Source: Mobula birostris (lineage: Eukaryota). From it: a DNA stretch of 64,000 bases. The stretch spans positions 87,114,687-87,178,686 of the forward strand of contig NC_092372.1 in the NCBI RefSeq assembly GCF_030028105.1, written 5' to 3'. Each line of letters opens with the position of its first letter. The stretch's first letter is position 1. A program made the position numbers and the translations under genes. Shown one piece after another: positions 37,721 to 49,599 of the stretch. Under the pieces are notes generated by a model. That model did not search any database. It worked only from the letters and a program-made list of their open reading frames with translations, and was not told where the DNA came from.

Positions 37721-38344
37721 CCTGACATCAACAGCCAACTGTCCCTGATGCAACTGTCACGGAGTTTCAGAAACTACACGCTTTGGAATTCAGTAAGGTT
37801 AGTGTTGTCCTGTACAGGACAAAAAGGAGGGAGCATAGAAGGTGCAGTAACATCCAGGCAAGAAAGACTGTGGTGGTATGTAGTCAACCTAGATAAGGGA
37901 GACCTTTGAGATGAGACCATCGGCACCAGCCCTGCTCATGACAGACGAGAGAGGCAAGGTGACAGCGGCAACGTGTCCAGTTATTTTATTTTATTCTCAG
38001 TGATGACAGTTATGTAGTTTTGTCAAACATCCAACACATTTTCACAAGCATATGAAAAAAAGTTTTAAAATACATATCAAAGCAAATGAAGATTTTGAAT
38101 AATAACTGGCTGGATGAAGAAAATACATGTTTTACTATTAAATATTTACACTTTGTACATAAAAAAACAACTTGTGTGTAGCTCTATCGAGACAAAATAC
38201 ATTTAATGTTAGTTTTAAGGGCTCCTCCAATATTACACCAGATATGAATTGTTTGTCACAAGATAAACAAGATGTATTTGGCTTTTGGAAGTACTTCATT
38301 ACAGGTGAAATTTTCCAATTATATGTTCCTGCATGATACCAATA

Positions 38345-38610
38345 CTAGTACATCAGGTCTTCAGCTGTCACATTTGCTTCCTCTGACTTGGTCTTCAATG
38401 TGGGGAATTGTACTCCACTGATGCACACAATTAGAATATTCACCACATGTACCACAGGACTTGCCACACAAATCCAGAAGGAAGAGTCGAAGTATTCCTG
38501 AAGTATAACAAACTTAAAGACTTGCTCACGAAAATTGGCGACTCGTTCTGTGTGGTGGTGAAGTTTCACGGCAGCAAAGAAACAAACAATTGCAAACAAT
38601 CCACATAGAC
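38345..38610 (-). CDS. CLRN2: Clarin-2, exon 3 (266 nt including TAG)
   Basis: ttccacag acceptor; AAVKLHHHTERVANF...SFWICVAS...KTKSEEANVTAEDLMY*. Confidence 0.96.
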
Positions 38611-40272
38611 CTGTGGAAGGAAAACATTGCAATTCCAAGATAGAATAATATAGCACACTTCCCTGTCTATAGATTTGCCTCATCTAAAGCTTTTAATTTG
38701 GCTCTGCTCATGCCTCAGCCAGTTTTAGTCAATGAGAAGATGACTTACAAACAGAATAAAGATGGAGATTTAGATGATGTTAACTGGATGGGTGACTGCT
38801 GTACTGCAATGGACCTTGATGCAACATTGATTAAGGTGCTGAATTCAATCATGCTCCTATGTCAGTCCATGATCAAGTAATTTCTAATAGAGGTGTGTAC
38901 ATACAAATATCAGAATGTAGAGGTGAATGGATGATGAATTCATGCATTGCAAATAACCATTTGGTATGAAGACATAGAGGAAGCATCATGTCAAACCCAA
39001 CAGATGGCATGGAGTTAATGCTTTCAAGAAAGAACTATCAGTCTCAACAGAATCCTAACAACTACAACGTATAACTTCTCTGCTAGGCAAGAGTGAGTTA
39101 ATTAAATAATAGTTTATTATGCTTCTGATTGGAGAGATTTGTTTCTGCCTAGATATATTGTTGTATTGTACCCAATAATAGTTGGATGAGACACAAATTT
39201 ATATTATATAAGCAACAGATGATAATAGGAACAGGAGTAATTCATCTGGCAACCCAAGCCTGCCCCATTATGCAATAAGATCATGACTGATCTACACAAA
39301 CCTCCACTACTTTTTTATAACAGTTCCCCATGGCCAATAATTCTCCAATTTTTCTAAAATTCACCTATTACTCCTTGCCACCTGGAAAAACCTAATTACT
39401 GACGTGTGAGGGACAGACATCAATCTGAAGTACTGCTGAAGTCATCTCTCAAAAAATATTTAACACATGATGCACATAGTTTCTGATTTCTTTAGTATAC
39501 CTTTAAGGTATATATGAGTATGCAAAGGAAGTATTTTTAAAGTGACATTGGTTCAATGCAGAATCAGGGAGCTTTACCAAAGCTATCTACTATGATGGTA
39601 GCACTATTGATACCTTGTAAGGAATTTTTATAATTACAAAGAGCTAAAATAACAGACATTATGTAATCTCAGCATTAATGTTAGCAAGAAAAAAAATAGA
39701 TATTTCTTTTGTAGGATGTACAGCTAACTCTTCTTAAATTATTAATTTATAAATAAAACTATTTACTAAAGGGATATGTGAGATATTAAACAATTTAGAT
39801 TAAAAACTGTGTAACAATGTAACGTTTCTGCAGATGGAAAATATTGAAATACAGTCATACAGCATGTAAACATACCCTTTGGCCCAACTTGTGCATGTGA
39901 AATAATCACAATATAAAGCAACAAAATATTAATGTCATGATGGTTAAGAGTCATGAGCAGCAAAAACATAAATGTTACATGTTATCAAGAGAAAAGTCTA
40001 TTTTCCTTTCAAATATGTGGAATATTAATTTGAGGCATTAAAATTACTTCAGCTAATGATTGGAGACAACAGGAGACTGCAGATGCTGGAACTGGAATCA
40101 AAGAAATTGAGGAAATCAGAAGTTCAGGCAGCATCCGTGGGAGAAACTGGACAGTTGACTGATCAGGATTTTGACCCACAAAATCAATTGTCCATTTCCT
40201 TCATTTGATTATTGATGATCATATAAAGTTAGAACAGAACAGCAACAGCCCAATTTATTTATGTACTTTGGA

Positions 40273-40377
40273 TTTAAAAACTTTGGATAATGGTATGCTT
40301 TGTAACAAGCATTCACTTCCAAAGATTATTGAAACTGGAAGCTTGTAACAAAGCATACCATTATCCAAAGTTTTAAA
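40273..40377. repeat. Near-perfect inverted repeat, about 37-bp arms and 30-nt spacer
   Basis: tttaaaaactttggataatggtatgctttgtaacaagc vs gcttgtaacaaagcataccattatccaaagttttaaa. Confidence 0.9.
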
Positions 40378-40491
40378 TTACTGTAGTATAAGTAGCACTA
40401 ATTATGTTTCAACTATTTAATATCATACATATCCCTTTATTTGAAAACAGGAAAGGAACACTGAGTTAAATATTGTGTTCAATACACTTAC

Positions 40492-40671
40492 TTGCAAACA
40501 AATTCCAGAGGTGGATGCCCATTGATCCTTTCATGGCTTGGTAAGGGATTTTCACTGCATTGTAAATACAAAATCCAAAACTAACCATAGCAAATGCAAT
40601 TGCTAGGCAGATAAACAATATAACCAAAATGTGAACAGCAGTATTCAATGTTTTCACCAACTGTGGAAAAA
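40492..40671 (-). CDS. CLRN2: Clarin-2, exon 2 (180 nt)
   Basis: ttttcag acceptor and gtaagt donor; (I)FPQLVKTLNTAVHILVILFICLAIAFAMVSFGFCIYNAVKIPYQAMKGSMGIHLWNLFA. Confidence 0.96.
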
Positions 40672-42324
40672 CTGAAAATATAGATTAAAAATATTATAAC
40701 AAAAGCATGCATGTTTCTGGAAAAGGATTCATATTAATGCATATGTAAAACTGATTAACAATAATGACAAATCTGAATTTTCAAATTAAGTTTAGTTGTC
40801 CACAGTGATGCTACTTTCCCATGACAATTATTTTCATATCTGGAATAATTTTATCAATGTATATATTTTTTTATCTAATAGATCAATGAGTTTATCCAAA
40901 AAGTAGTGACATGTGATCTAGAACAAGGCAACTGCAGATCTGGCTTAACTGAATTAATTGCTCTTAACTGGGCCAGTGCTTAAACTGGAAGGCTCTGTAA
41001 TGCAAGAGAGAATTATTGGCTGCAATGTATCGGCAGATACCTTGGGGAAAAATATTGGGAAGGACTGGTGATTTATTTTGAATTTCATGCATTTACATGT
41101 GTGCACGGAGTTCAGACATAGAGACCTGCACAAAACCAATTTCACATTACTGTCATCTTTGACAACTCGGTATTTTTCTGGGAAATCATCATAGTCCCAT
41201 TGGCTGATTATTAAATTATAGGCACACGATATGCACATAATTTACCGTATACTGCTGTAACATGACTTTACATGACATTCTTTTATCCATTTTATCAGCA
41301 CTATTATTACTCTTTAAAATTATGGTAGAGGAAAGCCTATAAGTATCTTAATTGTTAATATTCTCAACATCATTTCTGAGACTTTTATTTCCACTTCTGC
41401 ACATCTTCAATTAATCAGGTTACATTTTAAATTTATCTATATCATTCACCTGCTAGTAAACTGTTGCACATTTTTACTGTTCATTGTGAAGAAAATTATA
41501 GCAGAACTGCATATTCAGTTTACCTCCAAATTTAACTGTGTCATTTAGTTAGAGAGTTTGTTATTGTGCATGACAGTCTTAGTTTTCATTTATCTTAACT
41601 CTAAAAAAGCCCAATGCTATTTTATCTCCAGTTTGAAAATTGTTATATCTTTTTCTTTTTACCTTTTTTTGATATCACCTTATGTGCTTACAGTCTCAAC
41701 AAGATATTGCATAGGACTCCTAGACTCCCACTGAGTGCTGGGTGCTTCAAGTTATTCTTACTCATTGCACCTACACATGTGTGATGGACCAAGTGGCCTC
41801 ATCTGTGTGATGAGTTCTGGAGCAATGAAACTTCTTAATGGTGCTCCCAGTCCAGCAGCAGCATTCCACCCAAACAGGATTGAATGAGGAAGGATTGAGC
41901 ATCTGCAATGAATTTTACAAGATCAACATACCTTTCTTATTCTGATCTGCCATTATTTTCTACCTGTTAGCACTACCCCCTACTTAAGTCATGCAGTTAT
42001 TTCCTATATCAGATTGGCTGATCGATATCTTGTAAACTTCAGCCAACATGATGGAAGGTGGCAGCCAGGCACTTCAATATAATCCAATCACACAGGCATT
42101 GATGTTGTTTATTTTAGATAAGATTGGTATATGGGTAGATTCTCGTCTTCACAGTACAGTTATTAGGTTTACTTACCTATCTTCCGAATTACCATTCAAG
42201 TAGTAAAGACAATAAAACGTTTAAAATTTTAGAGATGCTTACAAGTGTGAAGAATAAGTTTTGCTTCAAAAGGCAGCTAGTTCTTCTACAAGCTTCATAG
42301 GATTTATATGCTCAATAAGTTTCA

Positions 42325-44770
42325 GTCGCGTCCTCGCAGACTGACATACTGAGGATCTGCAAGTCCTTCTATGCCGGTCACAGAAAAGGCCACAGAATCC
42401 ACAGCCTCCCGCAACTTCCTGACGTCTATCATGCAGGTCTTAGACGACAGCAAGCGGGAGAGTCTGGATCAGCCACTGACCCTGGACGAGCTGACAGGCT
42501 CCATCCGTTCCTTTGGGTCGGGTAAGACTCCCGGAAGCGACGGCTTACCGGCTGAGTTGTACTCGGCTCTGTGGAACTGGATGGGCCCAGACCTGCTGGA
42601 AGTGTACAACGCTATGCTTCTGGCCGGCAGTATGTCTGAGTCCATGAGGAAAGGCATCATCACCCTCATCTACAAGCAGAAGGGGGAAAGGGAGGACATT
42701 AGAAATTGGAGACCCATCTCTCTCCTGAATGTGGACTACAAGATCCTGTCCAAGGCTATCGCCAACAGGGTCAAGTCTGCTCTGGGACAGGTGATCCACC
42801 CGGACCAAACCTGTGCTGTACCGGGCAGGAAGATCTCAGACAGCCTCGCGCTGCTGAGGAACACCATCGCCTACGTGCAGGACAGGGGGGTGGACGCCTG
42901 CCTGGTCAGCTTGGACCAGGAGAAAGCCTTCGACAGGATATCGCACACGTACATGGCGGACGTGCTCTCCAAAATGGGATTTGGGGAGGGAATCCGGAAT
43001 TGGATTAGACTGCTCTACACAGACATCCGTAGTGCAGTGCAGGTCAACGGGTGGGAAACAGACAGCTTCCCCATCAGGTCTGGAGTCAGGCAGGGCTGTC
43101 CCCTCTCCCCTGTCTTGTTTGTCTGCTGCATAGAACCCTTTGCGGAAGCCATCAGGAGGGATGAGGGCATAAGAGAGGTGACGCTGCCAGGCAGTGGAGG
43201 GACCCAAGTGAAAACCTCCCTGTACATGGACGACGTCACCGTCTTCTGCTCTGATCCGAGGTCAGTTCGCAGGTTGATTGGCACCTGCGAACAGTTCGAG
43301 CTAGCGTCGGGGGCCAGGGTCAACCACACGAAGAGCGAAGCCATGCTCTTCGGCAACTGGCCCGACCGATCCAGCATCCCCTTCACCATCAGGTCTGACC
43401 ACGTGAAGGTGTTGGGGATCTGGTTCGGAGGGGCTGAGGCGTGCAACAAGAACTGGCAGGAGCGGACTACCAAGGTGAAACAGAAACTGGGACTGTGGGG
43501 AGGGCGCTCCCTGTCGATAACGGGCAAGAACCTGGTCATCAGGTGTGAGGTGCTCTCAGGGCTGCTGTACTTGGCGCAGGTCTGGCCCATCCCCCGCTCC
43601 TACAGCTCGGAAATCACCCGGGCTGTCTTCAGATTCGTCTGGGGATCCAAGATGGAGTGGGTGAGACGGACTGTCATGCACAAGTCCCTGGACAACAGGG
43701 GCAAGAACGTCCCCAATGTTGCCCTCACCCTGATGGCCAGCTTCGTATGTGGCTGCATCAGGTTGTGTGTAGAGCCCAGGTATGTGGGCACCAAGTACCA
43801 CTAAGTGCCCAGGTTCTACTTGTCGCCCTGGCTACGAAGGATGGGTCTGGCCCCACTCCCGCGCAACGCCCCAGTCAGCTGGTCGTTGCCGGCATACCTG
43901 TCCTACATAGCAAAGTTCTTCCAGGAGAACGCCTTTGACCACAGGGCCATCAGGCAGTGGTTGGCACGAAGTGTCCTGCAGGCACTGCAGGAGAAGGACG
44001 TGATGGACACAGTGGGGTGGTTCCCTGAGCAGACTGTCCAGTTCATCTGGCAAAATGCCTCATCGCCAGATCTCACCAACAGGCACCAAGACCTCGTCTG
44101 GCTGGCGGTGAGAGGGGCCCTCCCAGTCAGAGCCCTCCTGTACGCCCGGAATGTCGTCTCCGCACCCCACTGCCCACGGGAGGACTGCAGTGAGGAGGAG
44201 TCTGTGACCCACCTCTTTGCACACTGCCAGTTCGCAAAGAGGGTGTGGAGGAGGATGGACGGGCTAGTGTCACGTTTTATCCCCAGCAGCTGCATAACAG
44301 AGGACTCTCTGATCTACGGGCTGTTCCCGGGAACACACACGGAGACCAACATCCGGTGCTGCTGGCAGATCATCAACTCGGTGAAAGACGCTCTTTGGTC
44401 AGCCCGAAACTTGATGATCTACCGGCACATGGAGATGTCCGTGGGAGAATGCTGCCGACTGGCACATTCTCGGCTGCAGGAGTACGTGCTGAGGGACGCA
44501 CTGAAACTTGGTGCAGCTACCGCAAGGGCCCGGTGGGGAAGGACCACAGTATAGGTTTCTCCACCCGTGGGAGTGGGAGGGGTCGGTGGGCGGGGAGTAT
44601 ACCCCTCAACAATGATATGCTAAGCTGAACTACTGGAGTGCCACGTGGGTGGCTATAAATACGGATATTTACTGAGTATAATGGAAAGGTATGTAAAGGA
44701 TGGAAAGTTATTGAATGGTTTATTGTATATATTTATTTTTGAATAAAGTATATTTTGAAATTTAAAAAAA
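42325..44770 (+). mobile_element. Young 5'-truncated Tx1/L1-clade LINE in CLRN2 intron 1 (antisense to the gene)
   Basis: ORFs 42371-43804 and 43805-44554 share a frame and are separated by one TAA; KTPGSDG, WRPISLLN, LDQEKAFD, GVRQGCPLSP, YMDD, zinc motif CPREDC..ESVTHLFAHC; AATAAA near 44742 and a short A tail. Confidence 0.92.
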
Positions 44771-47212
44771 TATGTCATTTATCATCCAGAATGTAATTCT
44801 CTCTTCAAGTTCCGTTTATTTTTTAATGTAAACGAACTCCCATTTACATATAGCAATGTGTGCTGTTTTATCATGTTGTATATTCCACTGACATTTTGTG
44901 CTGACACTTGTTCTTCTTGGGCACAATAAAACTGAATGTAAGATGAAATGATCCAAAAACTGATCTGATTTAAAACAAGTTGCCCCTTTGATTTTTTTTG
45001 TATTTGACTAAATCCCATTTGTGAAAAATGCACACTGGAAAATGAAGAATGACTGCAATTTCAACGAGTTCTGTACCATCCTGCTACTGAAATATTAATA
45101 AAATTTTGATCCACTCCATAATTCTCATTGAAAATGAGTCATGCTATAGATAAACTCTCATGAAAAGGTCATTTCTTTTGCAAAATGAACTATAATATTC
45201 TTTTTATATGTGGTCTTCAAGTTGAGAAATGTCAGAGTTAACACTTAACAGCTCGAAAATAGATTACCCAGCACTAACTTTTAAAGTGCTATGCAATCCA
45301 AAATTAATTTAGTTCAGAAAAATATTATCTTAGTAATCATTTCCAGATGAAACTGACTGGACACTTCTGATCAAAATTCATATTAGCCTGCCGAACATTT
45401 TCCCACAGACAGAAGTGTATCTAATGACATAATTTGCCGTACAGAACATATTTTTAACTCTACTAACATAAATCCAAACCAAACCTTCATACAACTCCTG
45501 CCATGGAATAGGCTTGTTGGAAGTAGAACAACCTCATGGCAAGTTCTTGCCTTTCTAGCTACTTAAAGTTATACTCTCCTGACATTGGGAGATGTGATTG
45601 GGCAGCTTCAGAGCCAAATACAGAAAATTAAAGTTCACAGAGTATGAAATGACTAACAAGGATTTTCTTTTTTTTTTACAGTTTTTGGATGCTATTCCCT
45701 CTTTAAACAGGCTCCTCAATGATACATGATTGGCAATATTGCATTGGACATTTCACAATAGGCACTGCAGGCCACTCAGTTTGAGTTAGAGAGCTCAGGC
45801 AGGAGATACAGATAAGTCCATCTGTGAAGTGCTTCAAAAAAATAGTCCTCAGAGGACAGCAAACGGTATACTTCATTTCCCAATCATTATCACCAATACA
45901 GTGACTCAATTACCAGACATGAGATATGAGATAATGTATCAGCAAGGTGCAAGATCATCATGCATTTCCACTTCGTATGTAGCTTTGCAGGTCCATTTAT
46001 CTCATCAATGAATGAATCACTGATCCAACTACTTTATTGGCTTGCTGCAATATCTCTATGTTCCTTGATGAGTGGTAAAATGCACAAATAACTTTCCTTC
46101 AAAGAGCAACACTTGGAAGTGCAAGCAGAGGTTGAGAGCTTTTAACATGTTGGACTGCCACAGGTATCAATAACGTTTATTCATTATTGTAATCAATGTA
46201 GTTAAAAGTAATGCACTGTTCAGTATATTGTTTAGATTAGCAAGAAATTGTTAGGGAGATGATTAATGAGCCCATATTTCAAGCTAATTAAGTTCACACT
46301 CAATCATTCCTCATGGAGCTCCAAGTGAAGTTCACTTTAAGTCTTTGGACCAGTTGCCTATTCCAAAGTACACAAGGGAGAAGACCTGAGGAAGCACCAC
46401 CTTTCAAAGTGTCACACTTTCCTGCACAAGCTTGTCACCTTTGTGAGGTTGTGAAGTTTTTACATTGACTGGCAACATTCACATCTTGGAGGAGGCAACT
46501 CAAGCCACCCCCTGCCAAGCTTTTCCAAAGATGATCAGGGTAAGTCCTGGCTCATCAGACAGAGACCTCCTTCCTGAAAAGGATCATGCTCAGTGGGACT
46601 TTAATGTCCTCTGATGAATCTGGAATGTCTTTTCCACCTTCTTGCAGCACTTCTTTCTCCTTTGACAGCCATATTATCATTTACTCTTGTTTGGCTGCTA
46701 TTGGTGGATATTACTTAAAGAGCCAACACCCTTCTCTGATTGCTGTACACCAAAGATTTGGTAGTTGTGCTAAATTTGTTTCCAGACTATATTCTACTTC
46801 TAGTATTAAATACTCACATGCTTTTGTGGATTTGCTTTTGGGCAATTTCCCCTTTATTTTTGAGGGGGCTTATTTATAGATAATGCTAAACATGTGCCAA
46901 AAACAGGTGCAATCCAATTGCTAGGAATATGTGTCCTCAATCTAGCTTCAGATATGGCAGCCTTGTTTAAAGACATGACAGCCAGCAACTGGGTTGCCAA
47001 TTTAATGCCAATTTAAGAAAAGTCAAGAGACTCAGTAGGAGATTTGTACAACGATCTTGGTCTGAATAGTTTGCAAATGAGGGAAAAGTTCATCACTTTC
47101 ATCAGGACCTGTATTTATGAGTTCCAGGGATAAAACCTGAGTGTGCCACAGAGTATATTTAAATAACAAGTTAAACACAGTAACATAATTTTCCAATATT
47201 CACTATAATTAC

Positions 47213-47465
47213 TTGTGATTTCAGAGTACCGTCCTCCAAGACCACACTTCCGTACTTTTCGTCCTCGGAATAATCCATAGTAAAGGTGTCCTATAAACTT
47301 TGCCATTTCTGGATCTGTAGCATTCACTATTTCAGCCCCTGTTTTGCACAAAATGGTACCAGTCACCCATCGTGTCGTTCCTAGTGCCACAGCAAGCAGG
47401 ATTGCAGATAAAAAACTTACAATGGCAGATATAGAAAACAGAGCTTTCTTCAGAAGGTTAGGCAT
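47213..47465 (-). CDS. CLRN2: Clarin-2, exon 1 (253 nt)
   Basis: MPNLLKKALF...ILCKTGAEIVNATDPEMAKFIGHLYYGLFRG.KVR.CGLGGR; gtaatt donor; the three exons total 699 nt = 232 aa plus stop; position between QDPR and LAP3 fits CLRN2 synteny. Confidence 0.96.
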
Positions 47466-49599
47466 CACATGAAATGTAATTTTTATACAGGTCTCTGTCA
47501 CTCTCTTAATAAGTGAATGGCTCACGGAAGTCTTCCAGTTCTAGTTGAAGCAAAGTTGCTGCTAAATCTTACTGCAAACCTATTTTGATGCTTTACAATT
47601 CGTCACTGATGTAATAAGGTAATTTAAAGCAACTCAGACATATATTGTCCAGTGATTCATTAGTCCTACTGTTGTTGTTATTCATTTGATAGTGCTTACA
47701 TTTTCTTTTGAGTACATTGCAATTTTCAAAAAACCTAATAATCTTCGCAGCTTCTCCAAATGCATGTTTAGCTCCTCTCAATCAATATGAAAAGGTCTAA
47801 CCATTGCTTATCTCACAGTTGTCACTTCATTGACAGTTCCAGTTTAGTTCCAGTAGATGTCTGTTCCACCAAAATAGAATATGTTGTGAACATTGGCATG
47901 ACTGTAAAAAAGAAAACCAAAAAAAGACAAAAATTGGAAGGAACCACTCCTGAAATGCACTTTTGTTCTAACATTTAATGTTGTAAATCAAAATCAAAAA
48001 CTTCCTTATATCAGTTTTCTAGACATGGGACTCAGTGGTATTTGAGGCCGAAGAAAAGGCTGGGAGAGAAATAGAATGATATCAATGTGCTATTCCTGAA
48101 CTTTCTGCTTCAATTGAAATGAAATTCATCTTTTCCAACAAAAAGGTTCTTGATAATTCACAAAATAATACTTTCTGGAAAACTTAAATTTTTGCCAATG
48201 TTATAACTTTATATTCATGAGAATACTGTTTAGCAGCAGGGCAATAATGTTAAGATTTCCATATATTTTTTTGACGTTACTATTGACTTTGATGTACAAA
48301 ATTGTAAATGATTCAGATTATGCTAAAATATTTATTTGTTGATATTAAAATTCAAAATACTGCATATCAACCTATTACATTGGACTGATTTCGGAAAAGA
48401 AATGTCATTGCCTTGTAAAATGTCCACTGGTTACCAAACTAACTGAAAGCAGAATTGCTTATAAATAATAGAGACTTCTGCAGTCCAGATCATTATTCTC
48501 TTCAGCTTATATAGAAGGAATTATCTCCTGTGAATACATTTGCTTAAATGAAAATTATATGCAATCAACAAGTTCTTCTAAAAGTTAAACAATTCACATA
48601 CTTACTTATTGTAGAATTTACATTTTACTGCTCATGAAATCCAAAACTAAGATTTTCAAGTTGGTCTTTACCACTATTTTCTTTCTCAATGAATACATTC
48701 CACCTTCATTTTAGTGTAATGTCCTCATTAAATGCTGTGGAGCTAATAAAACCCTTTGGGGCTACTATAGCCAAAGGTTTTTCCTGTGCAAAGTTGATTC
48801 TTGTCGAGTAAACACAATAAGTGAACCAGCAACCTCACTGTTGGTGATTCATTAGAAGAGGAGTCTTAAAGCTGCTCATGTGACCATCTCCAAGGTTACT
48901 GTGCTGCTTAGCTCTCACTAGCCTCCTATCCCATGCTTATTGGCACATTAATAATGAAGCTACTGCAACAAGACAGCATTGAGAATAAAGTACCCCGGTA
49001 TAATTTATTTTGTTTAATCAATTCTATCTCATCTTTGATTCCTGTTTTGTGAATTATAAAACAGGAATCAGAAGAATAATAACTTTAGCAAAATGGTCTA
49101 CATAGGAAGTCTTCTTCCTAGCTTTGCTATAATGAAGTCACATAAACAATCCAAACACTTCAACACAATTATGGGGTAAATTAGTTGAAGGATTCATAAT
49201 TATGGTGAAAATTTATCCATTATCAGGATATTTCTGCTCAATCAATTTTGATTGTGTTTTATCTTGTTCGAGCAAGGAATTATTATACCTTGTCTGTGCG
49301 ATATGATGTAAACATGAGCAATTTTAATTAGTTGTGGCTGAACACGTGTCTAATACAAACCTCTATTATTCATGTGATGACTCAGGGATAGAGTAACAAT
49401 TTGGTGTACGCTCCCCACTTCAGTGATTGTGCATCTGATGTAGTAGAACATGAACTATGTGTCTAGTAGGGATCTATCAAAAACAGCATCTTACTTTTCT
49501 GCATGATATCTGTCAGTCCTTGATCTTCAATATTGAGTTTCAGATTTCTCTGTGATCTCCTAGACCTTCCTTGTGGGTCATTTTCACAATTCATATTTC

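Larger units (their letters stand above)
29900..38030 (+). mobile_element. Decayed class-I (gamma/epsilon-like) endogenous retrovirus with later LINE insertions
   Basis: Shared LTR-like block gtccagttattttatttt...gatgacagtta near 29990 and 37975; zinc knuckle CVQPGHWSQRC (about 34085-34120); RNase H (LWKPHGFLT; AHSTGNDE..RRNKRAD); integrase (LQMDLIQLP; PRWGGPFLVLLTT); Env TM (LQNQLVLDFLL..GGTCAAINQKCC); PPT aaaaaggaggga at about 37821. Outer boundaries approximate. Confidence 0.8.

Noticed and set aside
37518-37748. Co-opted syncytin-like env gene
   Set aside because: Only about 65 codons are open; the SU region is full of stops and there is no membrane anchor in frame
43802-43804. Programmed stop-codon readthrough in the Tx1 ORF2
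   Set aside because: A single TAC/TAT to TAA substitution in a dead copy is simpler; no supporting readthrough context
47466-47525. N-terminal extension of CLRN2 suggested by the ORF track
   Set aside because: The track starts at a non-ATG codon; clarin homology begins at MPNLLKK (47465)
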